From: Podarcis melisellensis
Lineage: Eukaryota
Length of the DNA: 64,000 nt
NCBI GenBank assembly: GCA_964234715.1
Contig: OZ174279.1
Strand: one strand, 5' to 3'
A program made the position numbers and the translations under genes. Shown here piece by piece: positions 12,190-25,772 of this stretch (the stretch's first letter is position 1; each line of letters starts with the position of its first letter). The notes under the pieces are model-generated. The model saw only the letters and a program-made list of their open reading frames with translations, ran no database searches and was not told where the DNA came from.

Positions 12190-15100
12190 TTCCGAAGTGC
12201 AGAGTGGATGGTTGAGGCAGAGAAGTATTTCTGTCTTTACCAACAGTCACACATCTTGCATTAGGGTTTCTAAACTGTGGAGTTGGCTTTTTAAAGGCAG
12301 TACATGTATGTGCTTGGGGAAGAATTAGGTGCCTGAGATTCCACAACAGAATTTTTGGTTCAGGTGGTAGGAGGCCTATTGACCTCCTACTTCCCTGTCA
12401 GTGGTGACTGTGTGGGCTGTGCCCCTTAATTCCATATTGATTGACAGTGTTATGTAGGCTTTCCTTTTTCCTTTGAATTCTGTAACCCATAGACCTGAAA
12501 ACAGATGTGTGCTCTGCAACCTCCTTTCTCCTAGGATTTGCTTTCCTCTGTCCAGTAAAGCTTAACTGCCTTAGGAACATAAGGAGAGCTCTGGATCAGA
12601 TCAAAGCCTATCTAGTCAAGCATCCTTTTCTCACTCTGCCAGGCAGATGCCTATGGAAGAATTCTTCTGGTATTTGATCTCAACAATTGATTCCCTTGTT
12701 GATGTTTGTGGTGGAAGTATCACTACAAAACAGTTCTTTTCTCTTTTTCTTGTAATCTGGCAAAGAAATCTTGTGAAGCACCCCCTCCCACCAAATGTGG
12801 TAAAAACACATGACACAATGTCAAGAAAAGGGCATGTTTCTCCCAACATCTTTTCATGTGCAAATTTTGCCACCTAAGAGCGTTTTCATTTGGCCATGAT
12901 CACATAAAAGTAAAAACTTTCATAGTGACATTATACCTCAAAAAAGATGGCATGGCATCTGTTCAGGGGAGAGCCAGAATATTTCATTGTTCTTTGTTAA
13001 GAGATTTGGGTAGAGTTTTGTGATGCAAAGGAGTAAATGGCTTCTGTAAACCCAGTAGCAGTGTACAAGGAGGTTATGACTACAGACACAGCTTTTTTCA
13101 TCTCTGCGTGACAAGCTGCCACCTGCTTCTGCATAGCATTAAAGGCAGAGGAATAAACTCTCTTTTTTGCATTTTGGGAAGACGCTGTGTGGAAACCACT
13201 GGCCAACTGTTTGTTTGTTGCACAAAATAATGAATAAAGCATGGTTTGATTCTCTTGAGACAGAGAATGTTCAACCATTTACAATCAATTTCCATCTCCT
13301 GGAACTAATGTTATTTAACTGAGTTTTGACCCCCCCCCCCACTTTTTTTAAAAAAGATTGTAGACTAGAGTGGTTGGAACGGGCCTGCATAAGCTGCACC
13401 ATCAGCCAGACACTTCTTTCTTAGACTATAGTAATAATTACATATTCACCTCTGGTTTATCACTGAAGTTATGCACAAATAAATATTGCCTGCTAGATAT
13501 CCTTCAGCTGAAAATGCAGTTTCTTAAGGCCTGGGCAATATTTTTCATGTGTTAATTCTACATAATAAATATGAAACATTATTGATATCAATAGTTCAAC
13601 TGTTGGGCATTTGAAAAGACACCACTATTCTTAATGGTTTCCTTTTCTACATTCCCGACCCCTACTTACTGGGTTATAAAATGCTAAAGCACATTATTCT
13701 GACCAGAGCATTTTTGTGTAGGGGTACTTGAGCTTTCTTCAATGTAGTGTTAGCTTCAGGTATGGTCAGAGACAAAGAAACATGCCTAATGTAAAGTCGC
13801 TCTACCAATATTTACAATCCATTTGTTACCATATTTGAGTCAGACACATTTTAAAAAATAAAATATTCTCATATTGCCACGTCAAAACTGTCCCTGGTTA
13901 ACACTATGAAATATATGTTCATTGCAAATTTCATACTAAGAATTAAAGACTAGGAAAACATTTTCTGTGTGATAATTTTGGGTGGCAATTTTTCTCATTT
14001 TGTATATGCACGAATGGCATTTCCCACCATTCCAGAGAGAGTGCCTTGACATTTTGCATATTGCAGTTATAGAAAGTCAATATTTTCAGTACAGATATTA
14101 TCTGATACAATGTTGGTGCTCTCTTGGCACTAGATATATTCACTTTTATGGTAATATTATATCTCAAGAAGAATATTGACTCAGAAAATCACATCTCCTG
14201 AGTAAAGTGTGTCATATTTAATCAAGCTGAAATCACTGACTCCTGGCTTTCAACAAATGTATGATATTAGTTCACATGAGTAAAATTATGAAGCAGCCTT
14301 TCACTTTCTTTCTGCTTATATTCCTGTAAAACAAAAACAACTTTATACCCTGAAAATCACCTTAAGTGCATTGGTGGTGATTAGGTTCTGCAGTTCTTAC
14401 CTCTGGAAATAGTTCACAGTGATTTTCTTTCACTATCTCCCCATCCCCCAAAAAGCAAAAATACCCCAGAACATGGATGCTCTTTTTCTAGATTGCTGCA
14501 GTGCAACCGCTTTGTAGATACATTCTCTCCCAAGTGGCCAGAGATGGGCAGTGTACAAAGCCAAATCAAGTTATGCAACAGAAGTGGTGAAATTATTTGC
14601 CACCTTTTATAAACATGCTCCAGTTTGTTTCTGAAGATGGAGGGGAAAGATCTGTTTTTCATAAAGGAGTAATATGTGGTTGCTAATTATAAAATATTTA
14701 GAGGAATTTTTCATTTGGTTATATTTTGCCATGGCATTTGAGGTGGGTCTTATGGATTACAAGTATCCACCATGACAACCTCCAATCTATTCTGAACATT
14801 GCATCCGTATTAAAATAAACAAACAAGTGTGTCCCTAAAATGCCATTCAGCAAGGTTATACAAAAGAATCAATTGATTCCCAACTCCAACCCCCATTGAT
14901 CCATGGACTTTTCCTAAAAGAGAATATTTCTGGTGTGCTTTTCCTTAGACTGGGCAAGTATCCAGTTTTCACTGCAAGCTTTTTCTAGTTGCTGTGCTGT
15001 ATTTAAAATGTAGCTCTGCCAGCTTTCTAAATACCCAAAGTGGCAAATTGCATACTGAAACACCACCAAGCACAACGTAGCATTTTTTCAAGATAGAAAA

Positions 15101-16133
15101 ATGACAGATTTAATGCCTCCATTGTCAATCACGTTAAGGCCTCTAACACTGTTGCAGAATGAATTTCCAATGAGCACCCAAGCAAATGTGTGCAGGAAGT
15201 GGTTTTGCCTTTGTAACTGTACATTTCAGCTCCTCTAATTGCATCAATAAGGAATTTGGTCTCCTCATTTAATGAATGCCTTTTGACTACTTTCTGAAAG
15301 GCAACTGACTGTGAGAAGGGAGAAACACTAGCATCTTTTATATGAAACCACATAAACAGGTTTCAATTAGTAGTTATCAACTCTACAAACTATTGTGTTA
15401 GAGCACAGTGCAGTGAATCCCATTCTGTTCTACTACCCATCTTTTATTCCTCATGAAAGCTGTTATTCCTCCTCTGAACTTCAAATGATTCCCCTGCCCC
15501 TGCCCCTGCCCCCACCCTCAGTAGTTCAGGATGTTGCTTTAAACCCACTTGCTTCTGATAATGCCTTGCATTCAACAGAAATCAAGCATTCGGCTGCAGT
15601 TGTTCCTGCACCATCTATAAGCCAAAGCATGTCCTAAAATGTGTATGAGCCTACAACACTTGGCTGCCATGCATCCTTGAATCATGAAGTGATTTTCAGC
15701 ATTTATTAAAATGCTTGCACTGTTCTTTTTTTAGCATTATTTGTCCACATAAAATCAGCACATATGCAAACAACTCTGCATTTAAAAAACAACGCAGCAA
15801 CACTGCAGATGTGATTTATGAGCTATGAAATAAGCTTTCCATTGAAATAATAATGATGATGGAATAAAAACCAACAAAGCACCTGTACCAACAGGTACTG
15901 TGTCGAACCTGAACTCAAACTTCTGATTTGCATTCTCTTCACTTTCAGTGGATTTATGGAGGAAAGTTTAAAATGATAAAAGGAAAGGAAAAGGCCAGCA
16001 TATGATGAGCATGTGTCAAGATGTGATATAGAAGTGGTTGTGGCAGAAAAGAGAAATGTAACCTTCATATTAATCACTGAGGTTCAACAAACCCACCTTT
16101 TTAAAAAGCTTATTTTATTTGAATCACAATGGT

Positions 16134-17729
<1,596 letters not shown>

Positions 17730-17998
17730 TCAATCATGCTCAGAATTGCTACTTACATGCATAAGAAACCCCCAGCAGCATAAGTACTTTGTAGCTTACC
17801 CCCACTTTATTTTAATAAAGGAAAATGTAATAAAGAAAAAAAAATCATGCACATAAGCTAGCCACAGTCAAATACAATCTCTTGGAAATTTAACTCTGGT
17901 CACATCTTGCAGGGAGGCAAACCTATAGAGCAATTAAAACAGAATCAGTGCAGGCACTGCTGTAGGCTAACTATAAATAAATAAAATGGAAAACCTAC

Positions 17999-18002
17999 CC
18001 AT
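17999..18002 (-). CDS. LRRTM3: LRRTM3 coding exon 1 (ATG G), followed by GTAGG splice donor
   Basis: Minus strand reads AAGG ATG G|GTAGGT. Splicing to 17671 restores M-G-F-N-V, the LRRTM3 N-terminus; a 4-nt first coding exon is the known LRRTM gene layout. Confidence 0.9.
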
Positions 18003-18600
18003 CCTTTGTGTTTTCAAAGGTCGTCGTTAGGTCTTTTGCTTTTGCTTAGGGTGCCACAAGCATGACAGCCCCTGTCAGCTGCTCTGTGGTGAGTCAGGGC
18101 TTGCTGACACCCAGGAAGAAAAATTGGACCCCTTGGGAGATGGACCGATTTTGGAACATTATTCTTTGCCAGCCATGCAGAACATCCCAAGAATAAATAA
18201 ATCCCAACACAGCATTTGCAGCAGAATGTCAAGTTCTTCCTAGGTAATAGGATCTTCATGGATGGTGCGTTTTTGCATCTTTACATTTAGAAACGAGCTG
18301 CTTTAAAATCTCCCCGTGCAAAGCATGATAGATTCCTCCAAGTGATGCTCAGCTGTCTGAATTCACCCGTCTGTATTCCATTGGGCAGCAGTTCTCATAG
18401 TTAGCACTCCCGATCCAGCTAAGGAAACTGCGTTGGAGCACAGAAGCCAGGATGACCCTGTTCAATGAACAAGCACTGTTCACTTCTGCGTACTGTCATT
18501 CTGAAAGCTCCTCCGACTGTTGCTTTGGTTTCAGTGAGTGCAGTCTTATGTAAAGCTGCCCCCAGTGGTGAAGAATATTATGGGCATGTGCAGAAATATC
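18003..18600 (-). promoter_or_regulatory. LRRTM3 5' UTR / proximal promoter region (upstream boundary approximate)
   Basis: Repeat-free sequence directly upstream of the start codon with several upstream AUGs; G-rich tract next to TTTAAAA near 18600-18627. TSS cannot be determined from sequence. Confidence 0.55.
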
Positions 18601-20897
18601 TTCCTCCTCCCTCCCCCCCCTTTTAAATCTTGCAAATGAGTAAGCCCTGTGCTGGGAAATGAGTGATTGTTCTGGGTGACTAAATAGGAGCAGACTGGTC
18701 AGCCTCAGTATACACTAGTGAAATGGTTGGAAATTTCCCTGGGCTTTTAGCTTTTCATTGTCATCTTTCTCTTTTGGGTAATTTAACTAAGCCTTTTAAG
18801 CCCAGCATTTGCTGCTGGGACTTCCACCTAACATAAAGCTTGGATGTAACATTTCTTTTCATTTAGGCAAGAAAACAGCACACACACAAGCCCATACTCA
18901 CAGAAACCTGCTTATATACACAATGGGTGTAATTGAACACCACAGGCATTACATTGTCATGTAAAACACACTAATCCTCGCTATTACCACTGGTATACAG
19001 ATGGTAAGTACTATGAGTAATCAGGCATGAAAACTTAACAGGTCTAATACCAGTGCAGTTAACTCTTTTGGGTGGGTGTATGAGGAGGCATGTCTGTATA
19101 CTGACTGGCATACTACAATGCATATTCCCTGATCCACCACATCTATGGAAGGTACATAACCCCCATTTGAGACTCTGAGATCTATCTCTGAAACCCCACA
19201 CTGTCTGAAGTTGGCAAGTGGACCCGAGGTATAGTTGGCTCAATGGCAGGGTGGCTTAGACGCATCCCTTTCAGTGGGCGCTTTATGATGCTGCCTTTTA
19301 AGGTGGGCTTGATTGTCATGTCAACTTTTTAATGTTGTTTCCAATTAATTTTTCCTTTTCCATGTTTGTTATGCTTTTAAAAATGTACTTTTTTGTTACA
19401 TTGTTGTTTGCTGCCTCTGTCGTTTTCATGGAAAGGTGGGTATAAATTGTTATAAATAAATAAGGATAGTTAATAATAATATATACGCTCTGCAGATAGT
19501 GAAGTAATGATGTGCACATTCTTCATAGCCTTCCCATCTCCCTAGATTTCTCCAGCTTAGAAGTAGGAGACACTGAAGTGTGGGTTTGCAAGAGTTGAGA
19601 TCCTCTTTGAACACCCTGCCCTCTAATTTGAGTGAGAAAGAGGGGTCCCCTGCAACCCCCAAATGTCTGTCCTGTGTCCATAGATCAAGTGGGACACCTC
19701 AGAGGAAATTGCCAACTGTACAGCAAAATGGAAGCACATTGATTCTATGCAGTTTAAGACTCCTCTGCATTTGCATCTGTGTTGCCTTCTTTGCTCTTTC
19801 CCACATAGGAAACATGCGAGTTTCCATTCAGTGCTGCAGCCATCAAGTGACGGACATCCATGTATTGAATGTTCTTGCTTGTAGACAGTCAGTGATGTTC
19901 TTTATTCGGCAGTCTACCATTTATCTTGATGTTTCCCACATGGTACAGAGAAGCTAAAGGGGAAAAGGATGGTGACAGATTCTGAATACGAATTATTTTA
20001 CCAGTATTGTAATTCCTGTTTCCTGTTTGAGAAGCCATGCACAGTTTTTCAATTACCCTGTATTCTGCCTTCCTTCCAGGGCCTAACTACACATGACATG
20101 AATGGTGTGATTAGCAGTCATGTCAAGGCTTTTCAAAAATTAAATATCAGGGGTGGGTGGCAGTGTTGTGCTCAGGAACATAGTGTTCAGTAAGGGAAGG
20201 CTAGGTCTTCAATATATTCCGGCTTATTCGGCATATTTAAGATACAGCATTTCAACAAGTATATAGGATTTCTATGGAAGGTGAAAATGGATCTTTGATA
20301 CTCCCCAACTTTGCGCTCTCTCTCTCTCTCTCTCAATATACAGCACAATGATTGGGTCACTTTGCTCCACAACTTGCTCTTGTTGCTTCAAATCCTTAAG
20401 AATTTGAAGCTTAAAACATTCATTGAAAGCAAAAGAACCAAAAGCCTTGAAAGCACAGCACTCAAAACAGACTTGACCTGGAAGTCGGCCCAGGCAATTT
20501 TGGTTCGGAAGTTTTGAGTACACATACAAGTACCTTTGCGTACTTCTATTACATAAACCAATTCTCTATATATACCTAGCCAGCCTTCTGCTCCTTTTTT
20601 TGCTGCCTTGCGCTCTAAATATATGATTAAGAAAATATTGCACCTTGTCCACAGAAGCGTAAAGGCAGGGACCTTTCTCTTTTGCATATAAAGCTCTCTA
20701 TAAAGTTCTGTGTGCATTGATGTCGTGGTGGAGCATGCTCTCATAGCACCTGGGGTCGTAGTGGACAGTGTGACTGCACTCAGAATACTGTGTAAAGTTT
20801 TGATCACCTCACCTCAAAGAAGTTGTTGTGTTTTAATGATGTAACCCACCCAGGGTCTTTATGGTGAAGGCCGGATTAACAACAACAACAACAACAG

Positions 20898-21270
20898 TCT
20901 TGTAAAGCTGGAAAAGATTTGGAAAGGATCAATGAAAATTATCAAGAGGATGGAACAACTCCACTATGAGGAAAAGCTACATTTTATTTTTTACTCTAGA
21001 GAAAAGCTGAGTAAGAGAGAACATGATAGAGGTTTATAAAATTATGCAATGAGTGAAGGAAGGATAATCTTTTTGCTCCCTCTTTCATCATACTCATGGA
21101 CATCCAATAAACTGAATGCTGGAAGATTCAGGACAGATAAAAGAAAGTTCATTCTCACGTGACACATTGCATTTGCTCCCTGAGGATATAGTGATGCCCC
21201 CCAACTTGGATGACTTTAAATCAGGCTTGTACAAATTCATGAAGAATAAGGTGATCAGTGACTGCTAAAC
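20898..21270 (+). mobile_element. Old CR1-like LINE 3' fragment
   Basis: Degenerate similarity to CR1 ORF2 end (TATGAGGAAAAGCT, ATGATAGAGGTTTATAAAATTATG, ATTCAGGACAGA). Confidence 0.6.
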
Positions 21271-21450
21271 ATGTTGGCTATATTCTCCCTCCACTTTTGG
21301 GGGTAGTATGCATTTAAATACAATTTGCTGGGAATGGCTGGTGGGGAGGGTGCTGTTGTGCACAGGTTAGGTTTGTGATAACTCCACTATCAGTAATCAC
21401 TTGTGTTTCACAAATTTTGTATCTTGAGGGAAGTCATAATGATTTTAACT

Positions 21451-21454
<4 letters not shown>

Positions 21455-21482
<28 letters not shown>
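21455..21482. repeat. (CA)n microsatellite
   Basis: Direct reading; another (CA)n at ~31278-31305. Confidence 0.9.
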
Positions 21483-21486
<4 letters not shown>

Positions 21487-24400
21487 ATTATACACATAAC
21501 TAGGAAGTCACACAGATAAACTGGAAAAGTAGATGTACATATTTTATGATCACAAACTTAGTGCAATTTGCACTTCATCTTTGGGTTTTGAGGTGAATGT
21601 GAAGTTTTCTTAAGCAGAGCATCTGAGGAAGGCTAATGAAATTTTCAGTGGGAATGCCATTTTATGTTGGCTAATCTCTTTCAAGTAGATGATAAACCCC
21701 ACCAAGTTTTTGTTTTTTTAAATTACACCTGTACTGGATAGGCAACTCATTCAGATAAGAAGTTTGGCAAGTGCCTTTCGTATTTTCATTCCTGCCCTTC
21801 CATAGTTCTTTGACCTAGATGGTCCAATATTTTATTTCATCTGTCTTTTAACAAGGCCCTCTGATTTCTACATGTTTGTATTTTTGCTTGGGGAATTCTT
21901 ACCTTGTATTTTCATCCCAACCTTTAGAAATTTGTTTTCACTGCTACTGCAAGGCAATGTTGTGTTTTTCATACAGTTAAGGGACATCTGAATTCCCAGG
22001 TCAAGCCCTGGCTTATGTCACAATTCATGGAGTAGCTTGTGCTAAGAACTCACATAAGGATTCACCTCAAGAACCCTTAACAAGAATCTGGGATGTCAGT
22101 GACAGAATTCAGAATGCAACCCCCCCACCCAAGCAATGCACGCATAAATACATGTATATGTGCATACAGAATGCTAAACAAATCAACTTCAAGCCCAAGG
22201 ATTATGAAGCTGGCTTGTTTAAATAACCAGAATTTGTTTTAAATCACAATCTCTGGTTTGTATTATGTTCACTTGAACCCCTTCCTGTTTGTGCACATAC
22301 AGTGAAACTGCCTTGGTTCCCACTATCAGGGCTTATCCACACTTCCTCTTGTCCCACTGCTCTTTAGTGCTTTCTAGGCAAAGGACAAGTGGAAATGTGG
22401 ATGAACGCTCACACACAGAATTTGAACTTGAAAACATCTAGAGGCTTTATTCAAGAAATCGGTACATGATCAAGGCATAATTACAGGGCACATAAATGGA
22501 GTTCTCACATGACCATGCAAAAGCTAAGCTCTCCCAACACCTGGTGTGTCCCTCCTGCTCTTCTTTTTTTGCAGCAGGTGAAGGCTGTCACTCACATGAA
22601 TCACACCCACGTTATATAAACAAGCGTCTGCCTGTAAGTGCTCTCTCAGAATGGCTCAGTCTGTGTGTGCTGGCACATTTGACACCATGTCTTTGGAAAC
22701 AGAAACTTGTCTAGCTCCGCTGTTCCAATCTTGGTCTCGGGCTCAGCCAGCCCTTCTGATTGATCAGCTCCTTGGCAGGGTCTATACTGGCTTCAGCTCT
22801 TCCTCTGCCTTGGGAGTATTTGTCAGGGGTGGCAGCAATGACTTCTCAGGGCTGTGAAGATTTGGGTCTGGGCTTGAGTAGCTCCATGAAAGACACTTTG
22901 CCATTCTAGGCAGCTAGCAAACACTATGTGTGTGTTTGAAGAGTATGCGTGTGAGGTTGAGCAATCAAAAGATACCAAATTTAGTACAAACTTTTCTTGT
23001 CTTGTTTAGCATATTTAGAATTTTCCATTAGCTGCTGCTAAGAAAAGCCTGTTATTTTAATCTGTAAGCTAATGGAAGGATTCTGCATCAAAAATGTGTA
23101 CGATCAGCATTTCATGCTGTGGTTAATGGAAAAAACATGGAACTGATCATGGGAACCATTGAAGCTTTTTAGGAATGTGTATATAAGAGATAGCTTTGAA
23201 TGCAGTATTTTAAAGCTATTGCTTTTTAAATAATAATAATAATACTACAGTACAGACGTTTAAATGTTGTTCTGCCATGGTCTCTGGTAGAACCAGCATC
23301 AGATTTTCATGTTGCTTGTAACACAGACCTGTTAAAGCTAAAATGCACCCCCAGAAGTATGACTGGCATGATTGCAATTAGATGTGTATGCATTTGGTTG
23401 CAATTGTCACAAATACTTATTGGCTGCAGCCCATACATAACAAGTAACACCTCTACCTTAATGGATTTACTTTGGGTATGATTAACATTGGATACAAAAT
23501 GTTTATATTTTTGTATCCCATTCCTTGTTTTTTCTTCTACCATCTTGGTGATTAACATTAAAATACTCTGCATGTCAGCTTGGAAGTATGTCTCACAGTG
23601 TTAAATTGGGCTTACTCCCAAGTAAGTGTGTAAATAGGATTTTAGTGTAAATTATCCGGCATATCAGTACAACTGATTTTGTATTTCAAAATAGCTATGT
23701 TTGGTTTTCCCTGTCACAGAGCATGTATACATCTTTTTGCTGATTTCTACAATGTGTAGTCCAGTAAATAAAAACTCTGAAACAGCATTCAATAAAATAC
23801 TTACGAGATCTGGGACAAAATTAGAAGGCTATAACACTTTTCACGTACTCCTCCAGACTGCAATAAGTAGCTGTCTGCCCAACTGTGAGATGTGTTAAAT
23901 TGTAGACTCCCTCCTGCACAGAATCTTATCTGACCTTTCTCAGTGACAGTGCTCAGGAGATCTTATCCACCACTTCTCAACTGCATGTCTAGCATTGTGG
24001 AGTGTCGCAACACAGATGGGGATGTTGAAGAAAATCAAACTTAAGTGATGTTCTCTCCAAACTCACCTATTGATGTTGGGCAAAACTGGGAATAGAAAAC
24101 ACATTTTTAGAGTTCCGTGCACTAAGTAAAGGTGCTTCCCATGAGAAGACTGGCATTCCTGTTCTCTGTGTTTTTGTTCCTGTATGGCAAATTTACAGTT
24201 TCAGTTTCATGATTTTTATTTCCTATGGCAGAACATTCATCATGTTAAAAAATAAAGCAGAACTAAAATTTTAAAAGATGCTTACTTTTGTAGCTCAATC
24301 AATCATATATGCAAATGTCTAAGAAGTATTAGATCTCTTTGTGGTTTAGCCCAAAATTGGTAGCAGACTGTTGGAAGCTATGTCTGTTAATTCCCTAGAG

Positions 24401-24952
24401 GTACCATAAGGTTAGGGATTTTTAAAAATTCATCTATTATCATCACTGCCTATTTCCCCCCTATGAAAGCATCTTCAGTCTCATAGCTGCATTATTTACA
24501 GAGTTCAGAAGAATGATTCATTAGACAGTTATTCATATTTAAATTGATTACTCTTTCTTGATCTAGGTATTGGTTTTTCTTTTGCAATGATGTAGAAAAT
24601 TTCAAGAGAAAGGACACATCTACTAACTCTGATTTTCTTCAACTGAATTTGATATAGTACATTTACAGCTGATGGGATCTGAACACCCATCTGCCAGTTT
24701 TGACTTTTCTGAATTTAATTAAAAATATATTTCACTGGGACATTGTTTGCTGCCTCTGGTGATATGCTATGCATATGGAAGCCTGCATGGCCCTCATCAT
24801 TCTCTCTCTGTCTCTTTCACTCAGACTCTCTCTCTCACACCACACTCCAGACAACATATACATATACAGAGCACAAGAGTGAGTGAGAAAGCAGTATAGT
24901 GGTACTTCCCTGTGGTGTGATCCTATGCATAAGAACTAAGAAAACTCTTTAT

Positions 24953-25772
24953 TATGGTTACCAGATGCCCCCGTTTCCTGGGGACAGTCCCTGGATTTAC
25001 AAATCTGTCCCCAGACAAAATCCATCCCCGGAATGTCCCCGGATTTCATTTAATGTCCCCAGATTTATATTTTTAGTGTTGTAGATTTTTTAGTAGGGAA
25101 TGAATGTTGTGTGATTGGTTCAATGGCACAAGACACATCATATGGGGACTTCTGGCAAGGCAAAATTGCGGGCGCCACGGCAGCAAGCAGCTCCTGAAGT
25201 CAGCCAGAATCAGCTGCACTACCAGGCTGACTCTGGGCTGCTGAGACTGCTGCTGCCACCACTGCCGAGAAGGAACCGGGGACGCCCGGCACATCAATTG
25301 GGAGAACCGCTGACCACCCTCCTGCGACCCAAATTGAGCTGGGATCGAGAGCACCCGGTCACCCGGCTGACTGCCCAGCAGCGCTCCAGGGCCGAGAAAA
25401 CCCCAGAGCCAATTCAGGGAAAAGGAGGAGAGGAGAAAGAAAAGGAAGAGAGAGAAACAGGAATGAGAAAAAAGAGGTGAGCCCCGACCTTGCTACACCA
25501 CTGCCGCCGCTGAGGAGGAGAGGTAGGAGAGCAACGGGAGGGCAAGGGCATGTGGCTGATCCCAGGCCCAACCTGAGCCTACTCCACAGCAGCTAGTGCT
25601 CCAAGAGAGCAGGCCGAGGCCCAGAGGAAGGCCATGTGACAGATGAGACCACAGAAGAGAAGATATTACTTCTTAATTTTTTCAAAGAAACCTTACTTTT
25701 AATAACTTTTTTCCTCTTTTTTTTTTAAAAAAAAGTGTCCCCAGATTCTTTGAAAAACATCTGGTAACCTTA
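24953..25772. mobile_element. Non-autonomous hAT element with GC-rich interior
   Basis: TIRs TATGGTTACCAGATG/CATCTGGTAACCTTA; 8-bp TSD CTCTTTAT/CTTTTTAT; subterminal TGTCCCC repeats. Confidence 0.8.

Noticed and set aside
20742-20770. REST/NRSE-like half sites (AGCACC ... GGACAG)
   Set aside because: 12-nt spacer and imperfect halves; too weak to call.
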